A stretch of DNA of 64,000 nucleotides from Salinispira sp. (lineage in GTDB: Bacteria > Spirochaetota > Spirochaetia > DSM-27196 > Salinispiraceae), in NCBI GenBank assembly GCA_965226555.1, contig CBDDDG010000012.1, forward strand, positions 96,001 to 160,000, written 5' to 3'. The position numbers and the translations under genes were made by a program. The number at the start of each line of letters is the position of its first letter. Positions within the stretch are counted from its first letter, which is position 1. This document shows, in pieces, positions 40,185-50,476 of this stretch. Below the pieces are notes generated by a model, which saw nothing but the letters and a program-made list of their open reading frames with translations, was not told the DNA's origin and ran no database searches.

Positions 40185-43115
40185 TTAGGCAAAAGCTTTT
40201 TCAATGAATGTCTTCAGTTCTTCGGTATGCTGTTTATGACTGCCTGTTGCGGGGCTGGATGATGCTGCGCGTCCGAGGTAGGTGAGCGTACTCTTCGGGG
40301 GCATAAAACGTTTTTCACGGTATTTGACGAAGAGCCATGCTCCCCTATTTTCTGTTTCTTCCTGAACCCAATAAAATGTTTCAGCCTTCGTGTAGCGTGA
40401 AAGGATGTTTTTCAGTTCATCCGCAGGAAAAGGATATGCCTGTTCAAGACGTACAATTGCAATATCTTTACGGTCGTGCCGCGCAACAATAAGGTCATAA
40501 TAGATTTTTCCGCTGCATATGAGAACCCGCCCGATCTTGTCGGGGGTGAGAGTATCATCAATAACTGTCTGGAAACTACCCTGAGAAAGTTCATTAACAG
40601 AACTCACACATTTTTTATGACGGAGCAGGCTTTTCGGACTCATGATGATAAGCGGTTTTCGGTATTCCTGTTTCATCTGCCTGCGGAGCACATGAAAATA
40701 CTGAGCGGGTGTTGTTGCGTTTACAACCTGAATGTTATCGTCGGCACAGAGGCTCAGGAAGCGTTCATAAAAGGCGCTTGAGTGTTCCGGTCCCTGCCCC
40801 TCGTAGCCGTGAGGAAGGAGCATGGTTAATCCGGATGAACGGAACCATTTCGTTTCTGCGGAAACAATAAATTGATCAATTATTACCTGTGCCCCATTTA
40901 CAAAATCTCCAAATTGACCTTCCCAGATAGTCAGGTTGTCGGGAGTTGCCAGACTATATCCGTAATCGAAGCCGAGCACCGAGAATTCACTCAGGGGGCT
41001 ATCGTACACAGAAAACCATGCCTGCTTCGGCGAAAGAGACCGCAGCGGCACCCATGGTTTGGGTACCGGGCTTTCAACATCCCACCACACAACATGGCGC
41101 TGCGAAAAGGTTCCGCGCCCGCAGTCCTCTCCGCTGAGCCGAATGGCGCTCCCTTCCATGAGCAGGCTCCCGAAGGCCAGGCTTTCGGCAAAGCCCCAAT
41201 CGATAGCATCGTCTGTAAAAAATTGCTTTTCACGGCCCTTGGTAAAGCGGAGAAGTTTTGAATGTACATGAAATTGTTCGGGAATGGTAACAAGTTTCTG
41301 AGCAATGTGAGTAAGCTGTTCCCTGTTTATACGTGTATCAGTGTGATCAAAAACATATTTCCGTGTAAATTTTTTCCAGACAGTACTCTGATATGCGTCG
41401 TCAATTTTCGGTTCATATCCTTTACGGGCTTCACTGAGATGCTTCCTGAGCTCTTCAATATAGGATTTTTTGAATGCTGTCTGTTCTTCAAGAGACCAAA
41501 TCCCATCATCAATAAGACGCTGTTCATACAGTTTGCGGGCACTTTGATGGTTCTTAATGATTTTGTACATCTTCGGATGACTAAAGCTCGGTTCATCGGC
41601 TTCATTATGTCCAAGTCTCCGATAACAGATAATATCGACAATAACATCGTGTCCGAATTTCTGTCGGAATTCAAAAGCCAGATGTATGGCAAGATTGACC
41701 GCTTCAGGATCATCTCCATTAACATGAAAAATTGGCACGGAAATAGACTTGGCAATGTCAGTGGCGAAGAAGGTTGAACGGCTGTCATGGCTGGCAGTGG
41801 TGAATCCAATTTGGTTGTTCACAATGATGTGAATTGTTCCGCCAGTTCGGTATCCCCGTAATTGAGAAAGATTAAGGGTTTCAGCAACAATTCCCTGACC
41901 CGAGAAAGCCGAGTCGCCATGAATGAGTACCGGGATCACTTTCTTCCGGTGACGGTCATGCCGCCGCCGCTGTACGCCTCGTGCTTTTCCTTCAACAACC
42001 GGGTTGACCGCTTCAAGATGGCTCGGATTTGCTACAAGACCGATGTGCAGAACATTCTCAGTATTTTCAGACTGATAATCGGTGGAAAACCCAAGATGAT
42101 ATTTAACATCTCCGCTTCCTCCGTAGGTGTGGGGAGCATAGTTATCGACAAAACGGGCAAAAAGATCTACCGCAGGCCTGTTCATGGAGTTAGCGAAAAC
42201 ATTGAGCCGCCCCCGATGCGCCATACCGAGTACTGTTTCCAAAACACCATTGTCGACCATAAGATTAAATAGATAATGAAGCGCGGGGATAAGAGCTTCT
42301 CCCCCTTCAAGGGAAAAGCGTTTTTGTCCAATGAAATTTGAGTGAATAAAATGTTCAAACTCTTCAGCTTTAATGAGATCTTTTTGAAAGGAAATTTTTT
42401 CTTCCCTTCTCCACTTCTTATGTGATTTCTTTCCTTCAAGATGGTTTATGAGCCAATTACGAACTGCCTTATTCTGAATATGGAGAATTTCGGTGCCAAG
42501 TGTACCGCAATATGTTTCCTGCATTCTCTTCATTATTTCCCGAAGAGGCAGTGTTTCTTCAGGTATGAAGCGCCCGGTAAGAAATACCGTATCCAGATCC
42601 GATTCCGAAAGTCCGAATTCTTCCGGGGTGAGCTTTTCATAGTTTCCCTCAACAGAAAACATCATGTACCAGAGCTCGGGGGTAATGTAGCCATCCAAAG
42701 GATTGAGATTAGCGTAAAGGTATCCAACATCACGGAATGCCCAGATCATCGCGTTTACCCGCGACTGCTTATAGGCATGACTGGTTTTATCAATGTGTGA
42801 TTGGTCGTTTTCTGCTGAATTGGAGAGTCGGCGGGGAGCGGTCTCACGATCATTGAGATCGGCAATTTTCGCTGTCTCAAGCCGATGTGCGGCAACCTTG
42901 GCAGCAGTGCCGACAGGAGGGGCAGTGCCGACCGCCTTAGCGGCAACACCGACAGCACTGTGAGCGCCGTTCAGCGCCGCATCAAGTGTACTGTTGCGAA
43001 TGTTCTGAAAGTACCGATTCCACGAGGAATCGACAGATTCAGGGTTTTTCAGCCATTCCTGATAGAGCTCATCAACAAATTCTGCATCGCTAAAATGGAG
43101 ATAGTTTCCAATCAT
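40185..43115 (-). CDS. sucA: 2-oxoglutarate dehydrogenase E1
   Basis: KRFSLEGGE, GMAHRGRLN, HGDSAFSGQG, RRLGHNEADEP, LLPHGYEGQGPEHSS. Confidence 0.97.
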   Translation of the reverse strand: MIGNYLHFSDAEFVDELYQEWLKNPESVDSSWNRYFQNIRNSTLDAALNGAHSAVGVAAKAVGTAPPVGTAAKVAAHRLETAKIADLNDRETAPRRLSNSAENDQSHIDKTSHAYKQSRVNAMIWAFRDVGYLYANLNPLDGYITPELWYMMFSVEGNYEKLTPEEFGLSESDLDTVFLTGRFIPEETLPLREIMKRMQETYCGTLGTEILHIQNKAVRNWLINHLEGKKSHKKWRREEKISFQKDLIKAEEFEHFIHSNFIGQKRFSLEGGEALIPALHYLFNLMVDNGVLETVLGMAHRGRLNVFANSMNRPAVDLFARFVDNYAPHTYGGSGDVKYHLGFSTDYQSENTENVLHIGLVANPSHLEAVNPVVEGKARGVQRRRHDRHRKKVIPVLIHGDSAFSGQGIVAETLNLSQLRGYRTGGTIHIIVNNQIGFTTASHDSRSTFFATDIAKSISVPIFHVNGDDPEAVNLAIHLAFEFRQKFGHDVIVDIICYRRLGHNEADEPSFSHPKMYKIIKNHQSARKLYEQRLIDDGIWSLEEQTAFKKSYIEELRKHLSEARKGYEPKIDDAYQSTVWKKFTRKYVFDHTDTRINREQLTHIAQKLVTIPEQFHVHSKLLRFTKGREKQFFTDDAIDWGFAESLAFGSLLMEGSAIRLSGEDCGRGTFSQRHVVWWDVESPVPKPWVPLRSLSPKQAWFSVYDSPLSEFSVLGFDYGYSLATPDNLTIWEGQFGDFVNGAQVIIDQFIVSAETKWFRSSGLTMLLPHGYEGQGPEHSSAFYERFLSLCADDNIQVVNATTPAQYFHVLRRQMKQEYRKPLIIMSPKSLLRHKKCVSSVNELSQGSFQTVIDDTLTPDKIGRVLICSGKIYYDLIVARHDRKDIAIVRLEQAYPFPADELKNILSRYTKAETFYWVQEETENRGAWLFVKYREKRFMPPKSTLTYLGRAASSSPATGSHKQHTEELKTFIEKAFA

Positions 43116-43131
43116 AAGAGGTCTTTCTGGC

Positions 43132-44246
43132 TCATTGCCCTGCGGGTGCCGCAGATCCGTTTAATTCACGTCCCATGAGTTCACGCACCCGTTCCGGTGA
43201 AAGTTCCGTAGCGGCAACCACATCGGACTCCTCTATTCCAAGCCGGATCATATTACGAGCCGTTTCTCGAATACCTTCCTGCCGACCCTTTGTGATACCC
43301 TGCTCAAGACCTTCAACCCTGCCTTTCAGAATACCTTTCTCCATTCCCTGCTCAAGACCCTCAATCCGGCCCTTCGCAATGCCTTCCCTCACGAAGGCGT
43401 TGGTTATGTTATATGTCCGCATACTGTTTTCTCCTTCAGGATATAATTTCCTGTTAATTTTCTCAAACTGCTCATACAGTCCCAGTTCCTTCATATATCC
43501 TAGCACACTCTCTGCTAGATCAGTAAAGTCTTGTGAAGACAGACCGTTCAGGAGCTGCGCAATCTCTTTCAGCCCCTCATCGTTCATTTCATTATCTCGC
43601 ATTATATACCACAATGCAGTCGATGTATATCGTTTTCCATCGAAACGCCATGCCAACTGCTCCTTTTTCATTCTCCCAAGATCACACAAAAGGTACGACA
43701 CTCTCGCCCTGACATCCACCGTGCCTTCGGTAAGGGATTCGGAAGCAGCATTTCCATGCGAACTGTAAAATGAGCGCGGGAGGTTCCATTCCTTTTTTCC
43801 ATGGTAGAGCAGCAGTATATAGATAGCATCATTTTCATTGTACACATTGCTGTTTCTGAGGGCATACTGATAGTTATCGATTTGAGTGAGAGCATGTTTG
43901 TGCAGGTAGCTTTTATGTTCAATAATGAACAGGGCCTTCCGGTCGGGTTCTGACAGGAAGGGGGCGCTGACAACGAGATCGCAGAGAAGGTTTTTTTTCC
44001 TGCAATGTAGCTGGGGGTTTCAATGCGGATTTTGCCCAAGTCCAGCTTTGCAAGTGTTGTAGCCGTACAGAACAGGCGCAGCAGGTCGAGAATCAGCCGG
44101 GGGGTTCTGTAGTAGGCGATCTTGAAGGCTATGTCGTGGATGTGGCCTGTGCTGTGGGATGATTCTGACTCAGTGTTCCCTGATGTTTTTCGGGACTTTT
44201 TCCGGGACTGTATTCTTTGGTGCCGGGGATGGGGAGATTTTTTCAT
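43132..44246 (-). pseudogene. Rpn/YhgA-like copy 5; -1 frameshift in an A8 run; C-terminal mini-ORF 43422-43132 intact
   Basis: GGAAAAAAAACC versus GGAAAAAAGAACC in other copies (T8 at 43991-43998). Confidence 0.88.
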
Positions 44247-44483
44247 ATTCTTCCTCCTATATCTGTGACGGGTAAACCGTCATTTTTAACTGTATGTTTT
44301 GAAAGAATTTGTGATTTTTTTTCAAGGAATGAGGAATGGTGTAAGTGGGCAGGAAGGTGGCGCACTTATGGTTGAATTCGCCGAGCGGTGCAACCGCAAG
44401 GTTTATTTCCCACCAGAATACCCATTGTACATGCTTGGCAAAACATGGTACCATACGCACAATTATCTTTTTAGGAAAATACA

Positions 44484-45341
44484 ATGTCGAAAATTACCCC
44501 GTACATTTCAGCGCTATTACTGACAATGGTCGTAATAAGCTCATGCATGACAACGGCAAGCAATTCCACGGCTGAGCAGGAATGGACTGCCAATGAAGAT
44601 CACATACGTGCATCTTCTGAAGAAGTACCGGATGTGTTATCCGAACAAGAATGGGCAGAACCAGAATATTGGGCAGATCTGTCGTATGAGGATGTGCAGA
44701 ATGCCCTGAACGCGGGAACTATAGATGTTCATGCGCGGGATAACGATGGATGGACTCCCCTGATGTTTGCTGCCAGATATACCGAAAATCCTGAAATTAT
44801 CACCGCTCTCACCAATGCCGGGGCTGATGTGAATGCGCGGGATAACGACGGAGTGACTCCCCTGATGTTTGCTACCGGTCTTAACCAAACTCCCGAAGTC
44901 ATTACCGCCCTCATTATTGCCGGGGCTGATGTTAATGCACGGGATGAGGACGGATGGACTCCCCTGATGTTTGCCGCCAGTAATCACCAAAATCCTGAAG
45001 TCATTACCGCCCTCATCAATGCCGGGGCTGATATTCATGCGCGGGATGGATACGGAAGTACTCCCCTGATGCTTGCTGCCAATAATAACAAAAATCCCGA
45101 AGTCATTACCGCCCTCATCAATGCCGGCGCTGATGTTAACGTGCGGGTAGCCGGAGTGACTCCTCTGATGTTGGCTGCCTTTACTAACGAAAACCCCGAT
45201 GTCATTACCGCCCTGCTGAACGCTGGCGCTAATGCTACCCTGCAGGCAGAAGACGGAAACACCGCATGGGACCTCATACAGGAAAACGAAGCCTTACACG
45301 GAACTGACGCCTACTGGGAACTTAACGCGCGGCGGTTCTAA
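44484..45341 (+). CDS. Ankyrin-repeat lipoprotein
   Basis: Signal peptide ending ISSC; five G.TPLM.AA....PEVITALI.AGADVNARD-type repeats. Confidence 0.92.
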   Translation: MSKITPYISALLLTMVVISSCMTTASNSTAEQEWTANEDHIRASSEEVPDVLSEQEWAEPEYWADLSYEDVQNALNAGTIDVHARDNDGWTPLMFAARYTENPEIITALTNAGADVNARDNDGVTPLMFATGLNQTPEVITALIIAGADVNARDEDGWTPLMFAASNHQNPEVITALINAGADIHARDGYGSTPLMLAANNNKNPEVITALINAGADVNVRVAGVTPLMLAAFTNENPDVITALLNAGANATLQAEDGNTAWDLIQENEALHGTDAYWELNARRF

Positions 45342-45464
45342 AAAAACGGGGCTATAGATGCCCTGAGCACTTACCCCATTCCCGAAAAAATAGAAATTTT
45401 TACATTTTTCAAACTTTTTTCGCAAAAACTCAATCACCACGAACATTTCCTCCGTTATCAGTAT

Positions 45465-46661
45465 ATGAAGAAAAAGAAACGGAATCAGGCGGCTCATCAA
45501 AAGCCGCGAAAACAATGGGATGAAACTCACAAATTCTTGTTTGCCGATGCGGAATCCATATATCAACTGCTGCAATTTGTCGATGATGACTGGATCACCT
45601 CTATTCGCCCTGAGAACATTACGATTGTGAGCAATGAATTCATCGCTCGGGAGCTCGGAGGCAAGAAGCTGACGAAGCTCATGCGCAAAATATCGGATAT
45701 TGTTGCGAAAATTTCCTTCCGATACGGGAATGAGAATGAAGAGAAAACCATCTATATCATTCTGGAACATCAATCGACTGTCGATTATTCCATGCGCAGG
45801 CGCCTATTCGTATACACCGATATGCTCGAACAGCATATTCGGAATTCGAAAACGTACCAACATCATTGGGTGTATCCCCTTGTTCTGTACACGGGAATAC
45901 GGAAATGGCCGCAGAACGCGACGGAAGAAACGCGGGCTGGGATTCCCCCGAGCGCATATCGCCAAATCTTCGAATATCCTGTTATTGATGTGCATAGGCT
46001 CCCACATGAGAAGCTCCTCAGGTACACCGGTCGTGTGGCTGCCTATTTTTACCTTGCGCGCTACAACAAAGATTTGAATAATGAGGATAATTGCGCGGAA
46101 TTCACGAAGCATCTTTTGAACATTCTCCAGCATGACACTGGCGAAAAGGTGAAGGAATCCTTGCTCATTATGAGCGATGTGCTCTATAATACACACATCT
46201 CAGAGACGAACGTTAACGATTACACTATGAAGGAGGTAATTGATATGATTACAAAAGAAGGGATAGAAATACTGTTCCCGTGGCAACTGAGAATTTACAA
46301 AGAGGTCAAAGCCCAGGTCAAGCGAGAAACTCAGGAAGAAACGAAGGAAATGCAGCGGGAAGTCCGTCAGGAAGGTCGTCAGGAAGGTCGTCAGGAAGGT
46401 CGGCAGGAAGGTCGGCAGGAAGGTCGGCAGGAAGGTCGGCAGGAAGGTCGGCAGGAAGGTCGGCAGGAAGGTCGGCAGGAAGGTCGGCAGGAAGGTCGGC
46501 AGGAAGGTCGCTCTGAGGGACATATTGAGGAGCGGAGAAAAAATGTCCGCGGTATGCTTTCTGAAGGATTGTCGGCTGAGGTCATTCAGAGAATTACTGG
46601 GCTGAGCGAGGATGAAATTCGGACATTGCGGAATGGGTCGGGGAAGAACGGATCGCTCTAA
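45465..46661 (+). CDS. Rpn/YhgA-like nuclease of a second subfamily, apparently intact
   Basis: ISDIVAKI, IYIILEHQSTVDYSMRRRL, PLVLYTG..KW; GRQE-repeat tail. Confidence 0.88.
   Translation: MKKKKRNQAAHQKPRKQWDETHKFLFADAESIYQLLQFVDDDWITSIRPENITIVSNEFIARELGGKKLTKLMRKISDIVAKISFRYGNENEEKTIYIILEHQSTVDYSMRRRLFVYTDMLEQHIRNSKTYQHHWVYPLVLYTGIRKWPQNATEETRAGIPPSAYRQIFEYPVIDVHRLPHEKLLRYTGRVAAYFYLARYNKDLNNEDNCAEFTKHLLNILQHDTGEKVKESLLIMSDVLYNTHISETNVNDYTMKEVIDMITKEGIEILFPWQLRIYKEVKAQVKRETQEETKEMQREVRQEGRQEGRQEGRQEGRQEGRQEGRQEGRQEGRQEGRQEGRQEGRQEGRSEGHIEERRKNVRGMLSEGLSAEVIQRITGLSEDEIRTLRNGSGKNGSL
46245..46661 (+). CDS. Predicted intragenic small protein (RpnS-like, 138 aa)
   Basis: Perfect AAGGAGGT, 7 nt, then in-frame ATG. 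Confidence 0.7.
   Translation: MITKEGIEILFPWQLRIYKEVKAQVKRETQEETKEMQREVRQEGRQEGRQEGRQEGRQEGRQEGRQEGRQEGRQEGRQEGRQEGRQEGRSEGHIEERRKNVRGMLSEGLSAEVIQRITGLSEDEIRTLRNGSGKNGSL
46362..46517 (+). repeat. 12-bp tandem repeat encoding GRQE x11 plus flanking variants
   Basis: GGTCG(G/T)CAGGAA units from 46374 to 46505. Confidence 0.95.
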
Positions 46662-46737
46662 AATAATAGAATTTTTTGCCTTGCTGGATTAAACCTTTTC
46701 CTTGAATTAATTCCCGTTCTTGTTCATACTCATTGCT

Positions 46738-49716
46738 GTGAAACATCCGCTTTATCTTATTGATGGATACGCGCTTATCTTTCGTGCCTACTTTGCTCTG
46801 ATCAGAAGTCCGCTTGTTAATGCGGAGGGCTTTAATGTTTCGGCTGTTCACGGCTTTGCCCGCATACTGCTGAAAATTATCAAGGACTATGAGCCGAAAT
46901 ATCTGGCAGTCAGCCTCGATAGCCGCACGCCAACCTTCCGCGATGAGCTCTATTCTGAATATAAACAGACGAGAGATAAAACGCCCGAAGATCTCCGCAA
47001 ACAATTTCCTGTTATTGAACAGTTGCTGCAGGTGCTGCATCTTCCGACAATTCGGCACAACGGGGTTGAGGCAGATGACATTATCGCGAGCCTCGCATGC
47101 CGCTGTAATGCCGAAAGCAGGGATTGTTTCATTATTTCGGGCGACAAGGATCTTTTTCAACTCGTAAATGACAGAATTTCCATTCTCAGGCCCTCGCGGC
47201 ATGGCGGATTTGATCAGTTAGATGCTCAGGGAGTTTTCGAGGATAAGGGTGTGCGTCCCGATCAGATTCTCGATTATCTTTCACTCATTGGAGACAGCGC
47301 CGATAACATTCCGGGCGTTAAGGGTATTGGGCAGAAATCGGCTGAGAAGCTCCTCGCTGAATTTGAAACCTTGGAGGGTATTTACGAACATATCGATACT
47401 ATTCCAAGCGCAAGTTGGCGCAAAAAACTTGAGGATGGCAAGGATCTTGCCGAGCTGAGCAAAACTCTGATCACTCTCAAAGACGATGTTGCGCTCAATT
47501 TTGCCATTGAAGATTTAAACCTTGAAAGCCTTAACGGCGCGCGGGCTGCCGATTTTCTCGAAACATATCATATGAAGACCCTTGCTGCCGATCTGCGGAA
47601 AATTCAGGGAAGTACTCCCGGAAAAGCATTCCCCTTTTACGGTATGGATGACATTGATGTTCCAGAGGTTGACCCCGGCGGCGCAGGTCTTGCCGCCCCC
47701 CTTTCTCCCCCCGACCCCGACCCCCCCGGCGCCCCCGCCCGCGGCGGCGAATTATCTGACCAGACAGACAGCAGCGCTGCCCTTCTTTCCGAACTCACTA
47801 ATGTACAACAAGACTACGAACTGGTAAAAACGGCAGATGAACTGCGGAAATGGATGGCTCTCTGCCGCGATGCGGCGGTCTACGCCTTCGATACCGAAAC
47901 CGATAGCCTTGACCCGCTGCAGGCAAAGCTTGTCGGATTCAGCCTGTCCCATGCCCCCGGGCGCGGCTGTTATGTACCCTTCCACAGCCCTGAAAATCCC
48001 TCTGAAAATAGTCCGGCACCTGAAAATCCCTCTGAAAATCTCTCTGAAAATTCCCCCGAAAATTCCGGAGAACATCTCGGAGAAGATGAGGGGCTTTCCC
48101 TCATAGCCGAGCTTCTTGAAGATGAAACTGTCAAACTTGTGGGGCAGAACATCAAATTCGACTATGAAATTATGGCGCGGCGCGGCATCTTCATGGCAAA
48201 GCCCTGGTTTGACACACTCATTGCCGGATGGCTCTTGAATACCACGCAGAATGCGTACAGCATGGATGCCCTTGCTGACAAATATCTCTCCTACCAACCG
48301 CAGAAACTCATACCGCTCTACGAAGAAATAATTGGCAGAAAAATCAGCAAAGCCTCCGGCGAAACCATCGACTTTAGCCGCATCCCCCTCAGCAAAGCAC
48401 TTTTCTATGCTGCCGAAGACGCCGACATTACCCTCCGTTTGTATCGAATCTTTGAAAAAAAACTCGGCGAAATGTCGATAAGCTCCGAAAAAACACTTCT
48501 CAATATGTTTTTTGAACTGGAAATGCCGCTCATACCCATTCTGGCTGCTATGGAATTAAAGGGCATATGTTTGAATGCGCTGGCCATGGAGGAATATAGC
48601 CGTGAACTTGCGCAGAAATTGCTCGGCATAGAAAAGGACATATACGAACTTTGCGGCCATGAATTTAACATTGCCAGTACAAAACAGCTGCAGGTAGTGC
48701 TTTTTGAGGAACGGAAACTGAAGACCGGAAAAAAGACAAAAACCGGTTACTCCACCGATACCTCGGTTCTTGAGGAACTTGCCGCAGAAGATCCGGTGCC
48801 CGCCCTCGTACTCAGGCATCGGGGGCTTTCCAAACTAAAATCGACCTATGTCGACACCCTGCCGACCCTGATCAATCCGCGCACCGGGAGAATTCACAGC
48901 CGTTTTCAACAGAACGGTACCGCGACAGGGCGAATATCAAGCCACGATCCGAACCTTCAGAATATACCAATTCGGGATGAAGAAGGCAGGCGTATTCGAA
49001 CAGCCTTTGTTCCCGCGGAGGGCTGCCGATTCATATCGGCCGATTACTCGCAAATTGAGCTGGTCGTGCTTGCGCATCTCAGTTCCGACAGGGAGCTCAT
49101 AGATGCCTTTCAGAAGGGTATTGATGTGCACGCGCTTACCGGCAGCCTCATTTTTCAGGTTCCTCCATCTGAGGTAGATGCTCTTCAGCGCCGTATTGCC
49201 AAGACAATTAACTTTGGCGTTATGTATGGAATGAGCGCTTTCAGGCTTGCCCGGGAAATAGGAATTAGCAGGAATGAGGCTCAGCAATTTATTGATGCAT
49301 ACTTTGAAACATACAGCGGGATACGCGGTTTTGTTGAACGAAGCATAAAGAAGGCGGAAACGTACGGCTATGTGGAAACAATGCTTGGCCGTCGGCGCTT
49401 TATACCTGCCATTCACAGTTCTAACCGGCATGAAAAAATGGGGGGTGAGAGAATAGCGGTAAATACTCCCATTCAGGGATCGGCAGCGGATATTGTAAAA
49501 CGGGCTATGATCCGCGTGGATGCAGCGCTCCGAGCAGGCAATTTCACGGCAAGCCTGCTCCTGCAGGTGCATGATGAATTGATTTTTGAAGTTCCCGAAA
49601 GCGAGGTGGAAGATGTTAAAGCCCTTCTTGCCGACATTATGCCGAGCGCTCTGCTGCTTGACGTTCCGCTGAGGGTGAACATTGAAACAGGAAATAGCTG
49701 GGGAGATATGCACTGA
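46738..49716 (+). CDS. polA: DNA polymerase I
   Basis: LIDGY, EADD, GDKD, GDSADNIPGV, FDTET, ADYSQIEL, NFG..YG, QVHDEL. Confidence 0.97.
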   Translation: MKHPLYLIDGYALIFRAYFALIRSPLVNAEGFNVSAVHGFARILLKIIKDYEPKYLAVSLDSRTPTFRDELYSEYKQTRDKTPEDLRKQFPVIEQLLQVLHLPTIRHNGVEADDIIASLACRCNAESRDCFIISGDKDLFQLVNDRISILRPSRHGGFDQLDAQGVFEDKGVRPDQILDYLSLIGDSADNIPGVKGIGQKSAEKLLAEFETLEGIYEHIDTIPSASWRKKLEDGKDLAELSKTLITLKDDVALNFAIEDLNLESLNGARAADFLETYHMKTLAADLRKIQGSTPGKAFPFYGMDDIDVPEVDPGGAGLAAPLSPPDPDPPGAPARGGELSDQTDSSAALLSELTNVQQDYELVKTADELRKWMALCRDAAVYAFDTETDSLDPLQAKLVGFSLSHAPGRGCYVPFHSPENPSENSPAPENPSENLSENSPENSGEHLGEDEGLSLIAELLEDETVKLVGQNIKFDYEIMARRGIFMAKPWFDTLIAGWLLNTTQNAYSMDALADKYLSYQPQKLIPLYEEIIGRKISKASGETIDFSRIPLSKALFYAAEDADITLRLYRIFEKKLGEMSISSEKTLLNMFFELEMPLIPILAAMELKGICLNALAMEEYSRELAQKLLGIEKDIYELCGHEFNIASTKQLQVVLFEERKLKTGKKTKTGYSTDTSVLEELAAEDPVPALVLRHRGLSKLKSTYVDTLPTLINPRTGRIHSRFQQNGTATGRISSHDPNLQNIPIRDEEGRRIRTAFVPAEGCRFISADYSQIELVVLAHLSSDRELIDAFQKGIDVHALTGSLIFQVPPSEVDALQRRIAKTINFGVMYGMSAFRLAREIGISRNEAQQFIDAYFETYSGIRGFVERSIKKAETYGYVETMLGRRRFIPAIHSSNRHEKMGGERIAVNTPIQGSAADIVKRAMIRVDAALRAGNFTASLLLQVHDELIFEVPESEVEDVKALLADIMPSALLLDVPLRVNIETGNSWGDMH

Positions 49717-49717
49717 T

Positions 49718-50476
49718 ATGAGCTATCGCCGCCGCGGTGATGCCCTGCCGGTAATCGATTCTGCCGCTCTGCCGGTATCGGCCGGAGACGACAGAACCGC
49801 CGCTCTGCCGGTAGTCGGTATAACAGGACCCTACTGTTCCGGAAAGTCGGTGTTGTCAGAACTTCTCAGGAAGCAGGGCTGGCTCCATATTGAGGTCGAT
49901 GCTATTGGTCATGCGGCTCTTGAAGCGCAGAAGAATGCGATTGTTGAAGCATTCTCATCGAGTATCATTGATCGGGAAACCGGAAAAATTAACCGCAGGA
50001 AGTTAGGGCACATTGTCTTTTCCGATCCCTCAAAACTTTCCCGTCTGGAAGCTCTGGTGCATCCGGTCATGTTTCAGCAGGTCAGGGAAATTATTGACCA
50101 GCGCCGAAGCCTATGCAGAAACACAGGCAGAAACGAGGAAGCGCCAAACATCAATGCGCCGAAAGCCGACATCCCCCTGAAAGGTATTCTGATAAATGCT
50201 GCCATTCTGTATAAAATGAAACTTGAAACCCTCTGCAGCCTCGTGTTCTGGGTACAGGCTCCGCGTTTCATTCGCATCTGGAGGGCATGGCGGCGCGATG
50301 GACTCAACCGGAAACAGATACGCAGACGCTTTTCTGCTGCGGATGAATTATCATCTCAACTCTTATCTTCACATGTCGATATGTATAAAGTGGATAATAT
50401 CTTTATGCGTGCTGCGCTCAGGCGCATGGAAGACATTTTGAAGGCAAAGTTATGGGTGAAAACAAAGTCTACGTAA
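49718..50476 (+). CDS. coaE: Dephospho-CoA kinase
   Basis: VGITGPYCSGKS, INRRKLG.IVF, LEALVHP; follows polA. Confidence 0.9.
   Translation: MSYRRRGDALPVIDSAALPVSAGDDRTAALPVVGITGPYCSGKSVLSELLRKQGWLHIEVDAIGHAALEAQKNAIVEAFSSSIIDRETGKINRRKLGHIVFSDPSKLSRLEALVHPVMFQQVREIIDQRRSLCRNTGRNEEAPNINAPKADIPLKGILINAAILYKMKLETLCSLVFWVQAPRFIRIWRAWRRDGLNRKQIRRRFSAADELSSQLLSSHVDMYKVDNIFMRAALRRMEDILKAKLWVKTKST

Noticed and set aside
46362..46517. Regular repeat that might be a CRISPR array
   Set aside because: 12-bp contiguous units with no spacers, encoding GRQE in frame; no cas genes in the window.
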